A stretch of 63,623 nucleotides of DNA, counting the filler, from Octopus bimaculoides (lineage: Eukaryota): assembly GCF_001194135.2 (NCBI RefSeq). It is 5 parts of 4 records of this genome, joined end to end, with 100 filler letters (N's around TTAATTAATTAA, not from the genome) between each part and the next. Parts side by side here need not be neighbours in the genome. Positions count along the whole stretch, not along the records: positions 55,751 to 63,623 come from NC_068981.1; 4 more parts are not named here. One strand, 5' to 3'. The notes beneath the pieces are model-generated. The model saw only the letters and a program-made list of their open reading frames with translations, made no database searches and was not told the origin of the DNA. Made by a program: the position numbers and the translations under genes. This document shows, in pieces, positions 63,481 to 63,623 of the stretch. The first letter of the stretch is position 1. Every line of letters starts with the position of its first letter.

Positions 63481-63560
63481 GTCAGCCACACTTAAGTGGC
63501 AATATACTACACTTTATCGTGCAGTTACTGTTAATACTTCATTTAGAGAATTAACATTGC
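63481..63560 (+). repeat. 80-bp sequence identical to 35945-36024
   Basis: Base-by-base comparison. Confidence 0.95.
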
Positions 63561-63623
63561 TTGTTTTCACCTTTTCAATATCAGTGAAGAATGTCACTGG
63601 AAAAGAAGATATATATATATATA

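Overview
Eukaryotic, AT-rich, repeat-dominated window with about 8 kb of N gaps and very dense di- and trinucleotide microsatellites. The SINE and LINE families look like those of an octopod cephalopod (inference from repeat content only). I recognise no intact host gene, rRNA, tRNA or CRISPR array, and most ORFs in the supplied track are microsatellite or N artefacts. What can be supported is a layered mobile-element landscape. (i) Several R4/Dong-clade non-LTR retrotransposons (RT plus restriction-like endonuclease) are stacked head-to-tail at (TAA)n tracts in 0.9-7.1 kb, with another fragment at 15.6 kb. (ii) Penelope-like elements (GIY-YIG, KDHK-type RT) have pseudo-LTRs carrying minimal hammerhead ribozymes of at least three families; one family has a tRNA-like A/B-box head upstream of the ribozyme. 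(iii) Three tandem CR1/L2-group LINE 3' ends share a covarying 3' stem-loop with the most abundant SINE. (iv) Three tRNA-derived SINE families are present, including tandem arrays and one twin-priming-like inverted copy. (v) There is a mariner remnant, a Helentron-type non-autonomous element and a possible piggyBac-type end. A few unique islands carry good splice signals, including a phase-consistent three-exon minus-strand model (34165-38583) of unknown identity. All translations, alignments and folds were done by eye.
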